64,000 nt of DNA, taken from positions 310,001 through 374,000 of IMG/VR virus record IMGVR_UViG_3300034072_000758; one strand, written 5' to 3'. Both the position numbers and the translations under genes were made by a program. How positions within the stretch are numbered: the stretch's first letter is position 1; each line of letters begins with the position of its first letter. Positions 10,189 through 19,361 of this stretch are shown one piece after another. The notes under the pieces were generated by a model. That model saw only the letters and a program-made list of their open reading frames with translations. It did not search any database and was not told the DNA's origin.

Positions 10189-10434
10189 ATGAAGCTTTTT
10201 GAATTTGAAAAAGAAGATTTGGAAACAGCTTATTACGATCCAGAGAATGACGAAATCAATAAGCGTCACTTCGATGACACACGCAAGCCTAAATTGACCC
10301 TGCGTGATTTGAATAAGCTGAAAAAACTAAAGGCCGTCAAGAAGTTCGAAGCTCTTAAGCGTCAGGACTTGATCTCTGCTATGTATGGAAGCGCTGGTGG
10401 AGGCGATGATGGCGGTGGTGGAGCACCGTTCTAA
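10189..10434 (+). CDS. Small portal-adjacent head protein
   Basis: ORF coupled to portal; MKLFE N-terminus; DTRKPKLTL. Confidence 0.7.
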   Translation: MKLFEFEKEDLETAYYDPENDEINKRHFDDTRKPKLTLRDLNKLKKLKAVKKFEALKRQDLISAMYGSAGGGDDGGGGAPF

Positions 10435-11759
10435 TGACAATTCTTAATGAAGCCGTAAGTTTTTACTCTTCGTTGAAGGGTTCATTAGCATATGCTAAAT
10501 CGGGGAACAACTATCCGGTTGTAATGATCGCACGAGACAACGCGAAGATTGAAGATTCTAGTGATTTGGTGTTGGTAAAAATCGGTCCTAAAAAACTGAA
10601 TAGTTTATATGATCAATTTAATAGAAAGCAATTAAGCTGGAACTCAACTGAACCGAACGTGTTTGCTGGTTGGGATAACGACCGTCTGACGGAATTTTAT
10701 AACAATTTTATTAGATTTGCTCGTTATCCAACTTATTTACATAACATGACAGACGTAAAAGAATATCTTGACACTATTTCAAAGTATTCAGATACTATCG
10801 GCGACGTGGCCGAAGTAATCAAATTCTCGTCTCCAAAAGAACTTGCGAAGTATTTGATCCTCAAGCAAAAGAATTTCGATCCATATCATATAAAATTGAT
10901 TACCGGAGTTAGCCTTGAGAACGAAGATGACACCGATCTGAATTTCGTTACGGTGGGAAATACCCAAATTGTATTCCCAGATAACATGCGTGGCAAGAAG
11001 CAGAAAGAAATCATCGATCTCGTAAATGCGACCGATAAAGTTTTCGCACTTCATGGTATGTCATATTTGACAAATATCAAGATGTTCGTAAAGCCTATTC
11101 AAGAAAAGTGGTCCGGGTTATATTATTTGGATTCCAAGATAATTGCCATCAATACTTCGGCCCGTGCTTCGAAATCAGCGCTACACACTATGGTCCATGA
11201 GATCGGACACAAGTATTATTATGAGTTCATGTCTATGGAAAAGAAACGTGAGGTAGTTTTCAAATACATGAGCTTAATTAAGAGTTACAAAAAACCAGAG
11301 CCGAAAGAAAAAGATCACAGTGCTCTTTATCAATCCATTTGGGATCAATTTTCGGTTGGCGATGAACTTACTTTTGTCGGGGTGGGGAGAACTGGTAATT
11401 TTAACCCGTATGAGATCATATCCATTACCACGAATGAAATGAAGTTCGCATCGAAGGAGAAATCACCAAGAGGTAAACCTTGGGTCACCGGTCATTTTGA
11501 ACTGAAAAACATGGTATGGGTTGCTAGAAATTATTTGCTGAATGGAAAACAAATAGAGTACGAAGCCCCAAAGGCAGATGATCGACCAAGAACCGATGAT
11601 GGATTTGGTTTGAGGTATATCAATGACGGTTGGTTTCCAACCGCGTATTCGGCGACTTCACCGGAAGAATGGTTTGCTGAATGCTGGGCCTTTTACCTTC
11701 TGGGGCAGATCGAGTTCGAACCGCTCAAAGAGTTTTTCGAGGGTATCATCAAACAATAA
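10434..11759 (+). CDS. Zincin-like metallopeptidase, probably head-associated
   Basis: HEIGH (HExxH) plus distal YSATSPEEWFAE motif. Confidence 0.7.
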   Translation: MTILNEAVSFYSSLKGSLAYAKSGNNYPVVMIARDNAKIEDSSDLVLVKIGPKKLNSLYDQFNRKQLSWNSTEPNVFAGWDNDRLTEFYNNFIRFARYPTYLHNMTDVKEYLDTISKYSDTIGDVAEVIKFSSPKELAKYLILKQKNFDPYHIKLITGVSLENEDDTDLNFVTVGNTQIVFPDNMRGKKQKEIIDLVNATDKVFALHGMSYLTNIKMFVKPIQEKWSGLYYLDSKIIAINTSARASKSALHTMVHEIGHKYYYEFMSMEKKREVVFKYMSLIKSYKKPEPKEKDHSALYQSIWDQFSVGDELTFVGVGRTGNFNPYEIISITTNEMKFASKEKSPRGKPWVTGHFELKNMVWVARNYLLNGKQIEYEAPKADDRPRTDDGFGLRYINDGWFPTAYSATSPEEWFAECWAFYLLGQIEFEPLKEFFEGIIKQ

Positions 11760-11793
11760 AAAAGACCGGTGCTTTCGCATCGGTCTTTTTTTA
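11758..11793. terminator. Bidirectional intrinsic terminator
   Basis: AAAAAAGACCGGTGC-TTTC-GCATCGGTCTTTTTT. Confidence 0.85.
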
Positions 11794-11794
11794 T

Positions 11795-12630
11795 GAAACC
11801 CTGAGACTAGAGGCTTCGTAACCGTCTTTCGCATGGATTATGATCCGCTTGCGGCGAACTTTCCCAGCTTATCCACGATACCCTTGCGGTATATCGTATC
11901 GGCTAATGTCGCAACTTATAGAGCGCTTGCTGCGGCGCTTACCCACGTGACTTACTCGGCACTTCCCAAATCGCCGAAACCCGCTAAGGTTCCATTTGGA
12001 CAGCATGACCCGTCCTACGACTCTTCCTTTACCAACACATCCGAGCTTTGCGGCCCATCAGTGACCCGATTCCTTGCGGTCAGGTGTTAGACATTTTGTA
12101 GTCACGCAGAGAGGTAGACTTTGCGTTTTTAATTCGAAGCAGGAATTGAACCTGCGACATATGGTATGGAAAACCATTGCTCTACCAAACTGAGCTATTC
12201 GCAACTTACGAAGACGTGCCACCTCTGTTGCTTCATGGCTTTCACCACAAAATACAACACGCCTAGTACCTTTCTCACCGCTAAGTGATACTCAATCTTG
12301 ATACAGGACCGAAACCCCACATCAATCCTAACCGCCCTTGGCCGCTAAACCTCGAACTAATTAGATACCCGTTAAATATCACGCGGGAATGGTTTGCGTG
12401 TTTGGCAGGGCTTGCGGACCCCTTTATGCTACTCCATGCTTTCACAGAGGAAGCAACACTACCACCTTTCGGTGACCAAACCCATTCATCGCGTTAGTTC
12501 CTATCGTTTGGCAATAGAAACGTCTCTCGACTATTTCGGGCTTGCTTGGTTATACTGTATTGCTACAGCGGGACTATGTAAGCTTCATCCCTTTCAGCTA
12601 GTTGCCTAGCTTTATCGTCCCAAGCGACAA
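11795..12630 (-). ncRNA. Large structured ncRNA of about 835 nt, probably GOLLD RNA
   Basis: No credible ORF; own TTGACT-N17-TATATT promoter (12664-12636) and terminator; many GCAA/GAAA/GAGA-capped hairpins on the minus strand; embedded tRNA-like domain. GOLLD assignment rests on size, architecture and recalled motifs, not a covariance-model search. Confidence 0.7.
12132..12204 (-). tRNA. tRNA-Gly(TCC)-like domain embedded in the large ncRNA, with degenerate acceptor stem
   Basis: D arm GCTC-AGTTTGGTA-GAGC, anticodon arm ATGGT-TTTCCAT-ACCAT, T arm GCAGG-TTCAATT-CCTGC; only 4 bp of acceptor stem, no CCA. Confidence 0.7.
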
Positions 12631-12872
12631 ATGTGAATATATATAAGTTGGATTCTGTAGTCAACATAAAAAGAATTATTTTTGAACTTTTTTTGAAGTT
12701 ATCCACAGGTTCTCAAATTCCACAGTATTGATGTATAAATCGCATTTTTACGGATTTTTATATAGTATTCGGTCATTTTTTCAGAAAAATAACAGTTTAA
12801 ATCATAAAAACCATTCTAAATGCTAAATAATATCGATACGCTTTACCCTAAATTATCAAAGGAGATTTTTTG

Positions 12873-13823
12873 ATGCGTTCGATTCTTGAAGAAGCTCTCG
12901 CAGCTATTATTGAAAACGACGACGAAAGAGCCGCGCAACTCTTGCACAAATTCATTGTTGCTCGCTCTCGTCAAATCCACGAGTCGTTTAGACAAGGCGA
13001 TGACTTCGCTTTGGAAGAAAACGACATGTCCGACGACATGTACTCGGAAATCGATCTGGCCAGCCTGTCGGAAGATGATGAAGACACACTAGATGGTGCT
13101 GCTGATGACGTAGCTGCTGATCTGGGTGGTGAAGAAGAAGTTGATGATGCCGATGATTTCGGTGGCGATGATGCTGCTGGTCTGGGTGGTGAAGAAGAAG
13201 TTGATGGCGATCTTGACGCCGATATGGATGCTGACACCGGAGAAACAACACTGGACGACATCGCTGATCGTCTGGACGCCATCGAAGACCGTGAAGACGA
13301 TCTTGATGCGCAGATCGCCAAGCTGATCGCTTCGCTGGATGACGGCGAGGAAGAAGCCGGTGAAGAAGAAGAAGTCGCCGACGACACCGAGTTCGATGCC
13401 GACGAAGCTGGTCTGGATGACGCTGGTGAAGAAGAAGATTCCTTGGAAATCAAGGACGATATGGCTGACGACGAAGAAATGAAAGAAAGCGTCTTGGACG
13501 AAGACTTTGATGACCTCGCCGAATCCATCGTTGACGAACTCAAGAAGGTAATGGTTGACAACACCGAAGGCCGCACAACAGACGGCAAGAAGGTAGCTGT
13601 AAACGTAAAATCGCCGGGTAAGGTTGGTTACGACTTGTCGAAGGGTCAAGCTAAGGCCGAAGGTACTGAGCAAGGTGGTAAGAAGACATCCACCAACACA
13701 AAGTCCACACTGCCTCAGAAGGACGTAAAGGCTCGTCAAGGTGGCGCACCTACAAAGGTTGACACCAAGAAGAAGACCGATTTCGCAAAAGAAAAGGCCC
13801 CAGAAGTCAAGAAGCAGAAGTAA
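12873..13823 (+). CDS. Highly acidic prohead core-like protein
   Basis: Asp/Glu-rich with basic tail, internal LGGEEEVD duplication, late promoter, directly upstream of the prohead protease. Confidence 0.65.
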   Translation: MRSILEEALAAIIENDDERAAQLLHKFIVARSRQIHESFRQGDDFALEENDMSDDMYSEIDLASLSEDDEDTLDGAADDVAADLGGEEEVDDADDFGGDDAAGLGGEEEVDGDLDADMDADTGETTLDDIADRLDAIEDREDDLDAQIAKLIASLDDGEEEAGEEEEVADDTEFDADEAGLDDAGEEEDSLEIKDDMADDEEMKESVLDEDFDDLAESIVDELKKVMVDNTEGRTTDGKKVAVNVKSPGKVGYDLSKGQAKAEGTEQGGKKTSTNTKSTLPQKDVKARQGGAPTKVDTKKKTDFAKEKAPEVKKQK

Positions 13824-13838
13824 TAGGAAAAACCAGTC

Positions 13839-14474
13839 ATGTCATTGTTGCTGAGAGAAAATCTTTCGTTCGATGACGCTAATATGCGTCTCGATTATCT
13901 CACCGAAGGTGAGGGCGAAAATGCTAAGAAGAAGCTTTACATGACTGGTACTTTCATTCAGGGCGGTGTCCGTAACCTGAATAGAAGAGTCTATCCAGTC
14001 AATGAAATCCGTAATGCTGTCCACAGCATCCAAGAATCCATCGACAAAGGCGATTCCATCCTTGGTGAACTTGATCACCCAGAAGAATTGACCGTAAACC
14101 TCGACCGAGTGACACACGTTATTCGTAAGATGTGGTTCGATGATAGTATTGGGTACGGAAAGCTTGAAATTCTGCCTACCCCTATGGGTAATATCGCTAA
14201 GACACTCTTGGACTCAGGCGTTAAGCTAGGAGTTTCCAGCCGTGGTTCGGGCAACGTCGATAGCAATGGTTATGTTTCAGATTTTGAAATCATCACAGTT
14301 GACATCGTAGCGAAACCATCGGCTCAAGGTGCTTATCCGAAAGCTATTTACGAAGCGCGAAATATGAAGCGTGGAGCGGTCATTGAAGATTTGGCAACCG
14401 CCGTTTCTCATGATCCAAAAGCGCAGAAGTATCTCACGGAAGAACTGAAAAAGTTCATTGAATCTTTGAAATAA
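13839..14474 (+). CDS. Prohead protease (T4 gp21-like)
   Basis: NLNRRVYP, LGELDHP, TPMGNI, GVSSRGSG, DIVAKPSA. Confidence 0.95.
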   Translation: MSLLLRENLSFDDANMRLDYLTEGEGENAKKKLYMTGTFIQGGVRNLNRRVYPVNEIRNAVHSIQESIDKGDSILGELDHPEELTVNLDRVTHVIRKMWFDDSIGYGKLEILPTPMGNIAKTLLDSGVKLGVSSRGSGNVDSNGYVSDFEIITVDIVAKPSAQGAYPKAIYEARNMKRGAVIEDLATAVSHDPKAQKYLTEELKKFIESLK

Positions 14475-14478
14475 GATT

Positions 14479-14504
14479 AGGCCCACTTCGGTGGGCCTTT
14501 TTTT
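14479..14504 (+). terminator. Intrinsic terminator
   Basis: AGGCCCAC-TTCG-GTGGGCCT-TTTTTT. Confidence 0.85.
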
Positions 14505-14892
14505 ATGCCAGTAGCAACAATCTGAAAAGGTATGCTTCTACTCGTTCTTCATCCCAAGTTTTACGCATGTTATCGGTTCGAATAAAAGCGAGATTGGCTA
14601 TATTATCTTCCCAATGTTTTCTACCAACAAACACTAAATCTACATGGAAGATTCTTTTAGCTACGAAAGATATTTTCGTTTCATCATACATCCCACGCAG
14701 TTCTATTGCGATCCGATTATCGTTAGCAACCAGCTTCTTTTTAACGGAATAATACGCATCAGATTTAGGTTTATTAGCCGGGTATATGAACCGGTCGGCC
14801 CTATACCCGGTAGTTTCTTCCGGCGTCAAAAGTACAGCGCGCTGATAAACCTTGAGCCAAATTTCCGGGTCTTCAAGAAGGCTACGAGTCAT
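14503..14892 (-). CDS. Hypothetical protein
   Basis: ORF in a coupled minus-strand trio. Confidence 0.6.
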   Translation of the reverse strand: MTRSLLEDPEIWLKVYQRAVLLTPEETTGYRADRFIYPANKPKSDAYYSVKKKLVANDNRIAIELRGMYDETKISFVAKRIFHVDLVFVGRKHWEDNIANLAFIRTDNMRKTWDEERVEAYLFRLLLLA

Positions 14893-15071
14893 TAATCAAG
14901 GTCCGGGGTTTTTGATCGGGTTAGCACAATATTTTCAATGGTTCCAGCTTTTTGCTGGCACTGTTTATATTTCACCGAGTTTAGGCGTTTGATCTTCCGC
15001 GCCATGTTATAAAAAAACACAGAGGGTATCAACATTAAAGCATATACGGCGAAGATCAGGGCTAGTTTCAT
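14892..15071 (-). CDS. Small membrane protein
   Basis: MKLALIFAVYALMLIPSVFF hydrophobic N-terminus; overlaps neighbouring stop/start codons. Confidence 0.5.
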   Translation of the reverse strand: MKLALIFAVYALMLIPSVFFYNMARKIKRLNSVKYKQCQQKAGTIENIVLTRSKTPDLD

Positions 15072-15373
15072 TTCAGCTTGATGGCGGTCGGCATCCAGCC
15101 ACCGGAGCACCCAACCCCTTTAAACTTTTGGCCACCCTTCGTGGCTGTCCAATCGAATACCGCCCGCGCACCTTTTTTATCCAGAGCACATTCGAATGGG
15201 TTTTGAATCCAAGGACGAGTGACTTGGATATTGACGAAGCCTTGTTTGACTAGCGCGTCCTTTACAAAACCACCGGACCAAGAATGAAAAGAGAACCAAC
15301 CAAAACCAAGCAGAGCGACGACTATCAGTACGACACCCACGACTAGCGCGAGGTTTTTAGTGAACGTTTTCAT
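15068..15373 (-). CDS. Membrane-anchored exported protein
   Basis: N-terminal TM helix and two Cys. Confidence 0.65.
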   Translation of the reverse strand: MKTFTKNLALVVGVVLIVVALLGFGWFSFHSWSGGFVKDALVKQGFVNIQVTRPWIQNPFECALDKKGARAVFDWTATKGGQKFKGVGCSGGWMPTAIKLK

Positions 15374-15439
15374 AAAAAATTTCCCCGAATATGAATGAAT
15401 TTAGCCAACACATATCACATAATTAGAATAAATACAAAT

Positions 15440-15805
15440 ATGATATACTCCGATTTTGCCAAAAAAATGAAGAAGCTTTTTGAGGAACATAGCGTCACCG
15501 AAGATTGGGGCAGCTTGTTTAAAAAAACATATACGGGCGACAAAACCCCGAATACAATTACTCCGAAGAAAGAAGATACTGGCGAAGAACAAGGACAAAT
15601 CTACGTCAAGTTTCAAGTAATGAGGCAACAAAATAAGATTAGAATTGTGTACCGTCATTACAGCGATCCGTCCAAATGGTCTGCTTACGGATATATAACT
15701 ATGAATAACCCGAATGAATACAAGAAGTATATCGGGTTATGGCAACAAGAACGTTTAAAGAAAAACGTTCGAGTATTGGGTGGAAAATGTGAATTTATAG
15801 ACTAA
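15440..15805 (+). CDS. Hypothetical late protein
   Basis: TAAATA-N5-ATG start; KKLFEE motif. Confidence 0.65.
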   Translation: MIYSDFAKKMKKLFEEHSVTEDWGSLFKKTYTGDKTPNTITPKKEDTGEEQGQIYVKFQVMRQQNKIRIVYRHYSDPSKWSAYGYITMNNPNEYKKYIGLWQQERLKKNVRVLGGKCEFID

Positions 15806-15963
15806 GGCGAGAGTAATTCTCGCCTTTTTTCTTACCTGAAATAAAACTTGAATAAAAAAGTTAAAAAAACACCATTAAATCGGGGTTTTTTGAATCAGCC
15901 CTATAAATATTATTGTTCAATATGATCATTGAATATTCAAAATCGACCAAGGAGAAAAATCCT

Positions 15964-17181
15964 ATGGATAAAGACATTTCTAAAATTCTTGAGCAAACTG
16001 GACTGCCAGATGAATTGGTTGTTCAGCTTCAAGAAGCATTCGAAGAGAAGGTTAAGAATGCGCGTTTAGAGATTGAAGATTCCGTTCGTGCCGATTTGTC
16101 TGAACAATATGAAAATGACAAGTCTCAACTCTTGGAAGCAATGGACAACATCATCACCGATGCGCTCAAAGTTTCCGAACAAGAAAAAGCCGAAGAAATC
16201 AACAAGCTGGCAGAAGCGAGAACAAAACTCGAAGCTGCTATCTCTGAAAGCAAAGCCGAATACCAGCGTAAACTAAAGGAAGGTCTTTCCAAAGCTGCCG
16301 AAGTAGTTGCTACTAAAGTAGATGCGGAAATCACTTCTCTGAAAGAAGCTAAGGCTTCGCTCAACGCCTCAAAGACTAAAATCTTGTCCGAGTCTAAAGC
16401 ACTCATGGAGCAAGAAAAATCGGATTTCAGTGGCAAGCTCGCGCAAATCGATGCGTTCGTTGTAGAGCAAGTTACTAGAGAATTGCGCGAGTTGCATGAA
16501 GACCATCAGGCTCTCATTCAAACACGTGCGAAGCTGATCCAAGAAAACGAAGAACGTTTCAAAGCCGCTCGTGCTGCTTTCATCAAAGAAGCTGCTGCCA
16601 AGGTTGATACAGTTATCACCGAAGGTTTGAAGTCGGAAATGAAGCAACTTCATGAGGAAGTAGAGAACTATCGTCAGAACTCGTTTGGGCGTAAGATTTT
16701 CGAGTCATTCGTGGCCGAATACATGTCCAGCTACTTTGCCGAAGGTTCCGAAACCAAGAAGCTTACCGCCATGCTGGAATCGGTTCAGGCAGAACTCGTT
16801 GCTACGAAGTCTCAACTGACCGAAGCCACAAACACTATCGAAGCCGCCAATCGCAAAGCGAAAATCGTTGAAGCAAAGTCGGTACGCGATAACACGCTGA
16901 ACAAGCTCCTGAATACTTTGTCGGGTTCTACCAAGAGCACAATGAAGGGTCTGCTGGAAACAGTAAAGACCGAAAAGCTTGAAGAAGCATTCCACAATTA
17001 CCTCCCTATTCTGACCGAAAGCAAGAAGACGGAAGTTAAAACCAAGCCAGCCACTTCAACAACTGTAACAGGTGACGGTCGTAGCAAGCTTACAGAGACC
17101 GCATCGAATGATGCTGTTGAAACCACAGAACAAAATTCTGAGATCGCCGAAATCGTAAAGCTGGCGGGAATCAGAAAATAA
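15964..17181 (+). CDS. Prohead scaffold protein (T4 gp22-like)
   Basis: Long coiled coil directly upstream of the capsid gene; FGRKIFESF; AAGGAG SD. Confidence 0.85.
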   Translation: MDKDISKILEQTGLPDELVVQLQEAFEEKVKNARLEIEDSVRADLSEQYENDKSQLLEAMDNIITDALKVSEQEKAEEINKLAEARTKLEAAISESKAEYQRKLKEGLSKAAEVVATKVDAEITSLKEAKASLNASKTKILSESKALMEQEKSDFSGKLAQIDAFVVEQVTRELRELHEDHQALIQTRAKLIQENEERFKAARAAFIKEAAAKVDTVITEGLKSEMKQLHEEVENYRQNSFGRKIFESFVAEYMSSYFAEGSETKKLTAMLESVQAELVATKSQLTEATNTIEAANRKAKIVEAKSVRDNTLNKLLNTLSGSTKSTMKGLLETVKTEKLEEAFHNYLPILTESKKTEVKTKPATSTTVTGDGRSKLTETASNDAVETTEQNSEIAEIVKLAGIRK

Positions 17182-17197
17182 TTTGGAGTCGTAAAAA

Positions 17198-18409
17198 ATG
17201 AACAAACTGTTTGAATCTCGTTGGAGCGCAACTAAAGCCGCTCTGTTGGAAGGTGAAGACCTTCGCCGCAACGCTGACGGTTCTAAGAACACAACAAAGC
17301 AACAAGTCTTGGAAACTGTTCTGGAAAACACACGTCAGCACATGAAAGTGATGGAATCTGCTACCGCTGGTGCTACTTCCGCTGCTAACATCGCTACCCT
17401 GAACAAGGTCATTCTGCCAGTTATCCGTCGCGTTATGCCGACCGTAATTGCGAATGAAATCATCGGCGTTCAGCCAATGGTTGCTCCGGTTGCTCAAATC
17501 CACACTCTGCGCGTTCGTTATGCTGAAACTGTTCCAGCATCGGGTGGCGTAACTGCTGGTGATGAAGCACTGTCGCCTTACAACATCGCTCGTTACTACT
17601 CTGGTAACGAAAACGTCGCTACTCCAAAGGGTGCTGATACAGCTACTCTCGAAGGTACAGGCGGACACAAGCTGTCGATCCAAGTCCTGCGTGAAACCGT
17701 TACGGCTAAGTCCCGTAAGCTGGGTGCTCGTTGGACCTTTGAAGCTGCTCAAGACGCAATGTCGCAGCAAGGTATCGACATCGAGGCTGAAATCATGGCC
17801 GCTCTGGCTCAAGAAATCACAGCCGAAATCGACCAAGAAATCCTGATGTCGCTCCGCGCTCTGCCGGGTGCTCCAACAGCGATCTTCGACCAAGCTGCTG
17901 TTTCGGGTACACCAAACTTCGTTGGTGACGTTCACGCCGCTCTGTCGATCTTGATCAACCGTCAAGCTAACCTGATCGCTTCCCGCACACGTCGCGGCGC
18001 TGGTAATTGGGTTGTTGTTTCGCCAACCGCTCTGACCATCCTGCAATCGGCTACAGCTTCGGCTTTCGCCCGCACCACAGAAGGTCAGTTCGAAGCTCCA
18101 ACAAACACCAAGTTCGTTGGTACGCTGAACAACTCGCTGCGCGTTTACGTTGACCAATACGCCCAAGATAACACACCAGTTCTGGTTGGTTACAAGGGTA
18201 ACGAAACAGACGCCGCCGCGTTCTACTGCCCTTATATCCCACTGACATCTTCGGGTGTTGTGATCGATCCAACAACCTTCGAACCAGCCGTTTCGTTCAT
18301 GACACGTTACGGTTATCTGGAACTCACCAACGTTGCTTCCTCGCTGGGTAACGCTGCTGACTACCTCGGTCTCGTAGGTATCAACACTGCCAACCTGACC
18401 TTCCTGTAA
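17198..18409 (+). CDS. Major capsid protein (T4 gp23-like)
   Basis: IRRVMP..IANEIIGVQPM, KSRKLGARWTFEAAQD, EITAEIDQEI, TRRGAGN, FYCPYIPL, FMTRYG. Confidence 0.97.
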   Translation: MNKLFESRWSATKAALLEGEDLRRNADGSKNTTKQQVLETVLENTRQHMKVMESATAGATSAANIATLNKVILPVIRRVMPTVIANEIIGVQPMVAPVAQIHTLRVRYAETVPASGGVTAGDEALSPYNIARYYSGNENVATPKGADTATLEGTGGHKLSIQVLRETVTAKSRKLGARWTFEAAQDAMSQQGIDIEAEIMAALAQEITAEIDQEILMSLRALPGAPTAIFDQAAVSGTPNFVGDVHAALSILINRQANLIASRTRRGAGNWVVVSPTALTILQSATASAFARTTEGQFEAPTNTKFVGTLNNSLRVYVDQYAQDNTPVLVGYKGNETDAAAFYCPYIPLTSSGVVIDPTTFEPAVSFMTRYGYLELTNVASSLGNAADYLGLVGINTANLTFL

Positions 18410-18427
18410 GCGTTAGGAAAGACTATC

Positions 18428-18459
18428 GAATAGGCGGCTTCGGTCGCCTATTCTTCTTT
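18428..18459 (+). terminator. Intrinsic terminator after the capsid gene
   Basis: GAATAGGCGGC-TTCG-GTCGCCTATTC-TTCTTTT. Confidence 0.85.
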
Positions 18460-18508
18460 TATATAGAATACCTTCTTCATATTATATTCTACCTCAAAGC
18501 CCGCTCAT

Positions 18509-19240
18509 TTAGCGGGCTTTTTTCTTTGTCTTTTGTGTAATGTGCGGGGGTGCTTCTAGCAAAATTTCTTTGGTCTGATAGAATTTCATTAAGTTTTCCA
18601 TCTTAACCCTGAAAGCGGTTCCTCGATCATGAATGCAACCCTTCGACATGCTGTATCCAATTCGGAAATCCACCCTAACAGTATTCAATATTTCTTCCCA
18701 GAATTGATCAACGTTGAAGTCTGTATATAGTGTAATTTTGGTAAAAATAAAATATTTCTTTCCATCTATTTTCTTTCGAATCGCCTCAATTACAACCAAA
18801 TTAGTGAGTTTGTTTATAAGTTTAATCGACAAATCTGAGTAATTCCATTCACCGAAAAACGTCTCTCCATCTTTCAAGATTAGTTTGCTATCTGTTTTGA
18901 TGAATGAAAACGGCAAATTCATAGAAGAATCTTTAAAGAACACTTTTCGATTTTTCTTGTCTTCGTAAGAAAAATTTTCATATATGTATCTAGTTGATCC
19001 CGGTGGTGTTGAAGTAAGACAAGTTATTAACGTCGAGAGACTAACTTTTACTTTAAGCTCATACCCTTTGAAATCGGCAAATTTATTATTGTTTTCGGGG
19101 ACACCAATCAAAGTTTCAAATGTGTGTCCAGCATCACCATCACAACCGTTTTCTTCTTTAGAAGCCGGAATTAATTTAAAATTCATGAGCATTTCATTTT
19201 GATGTATTGCTTCAAGAAGGTAGTTTTTATTACTGGACAT
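18509..19240 (-). CDS. MvaI/BcnI-family PD-(D/E)xK endonuclease
   Basis: GHTFETLIGVPENN..ADF.GYELK, LIT.LT..P, KL.NLV.IEA, HDRGTAFR; low GC. Confidence 0.8.
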   Translation of the reverse strand: MSSNKNYLLEAIHQNEMLMNFKLIPASKEENGCDGDAGHTFETLIGVPENNNKFADFKGYELKVKVSLSTLITCLTSTPPGSTRYIYENFSYEDKKNRKVFFKDSSMNLPFSFIKTDSKLILKDGETFFGEWNYSDLSIKLINKLTNLVVIEAIRKKIDGKKYFIFTKITLYTDFNVDQFWEEILNTVRVDFRIGYSMSKGCIHDRGTAFRVKMENLMKFYQTKEILLEAPPHITQKTKKKAR

Positions 19241-19361
19241 TATACGCTTTACTCCACTAAGCTCCCACCTTAGCAAAAAGTATTTGCGCATTACAATTTA
19301 AATCACAAAAAAGACCCGCCGATTACTCGACGGGTCCAGTTTGATACGCTTGTGAAGGAGA

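Noticed and set aside
11833-12609. Three short plus-strand ORFs
   Set aside because: No SD and atypical composition; they lie antisense to the structured RNA.
17171-18166. 331-aa minus-strand ORF, and similar long antisense ORFs over the tape-measure-like, sheath, ligase, clpA and fibre genes
   Set aside because: Produced by codon bias of the real gene on the opposite strand.
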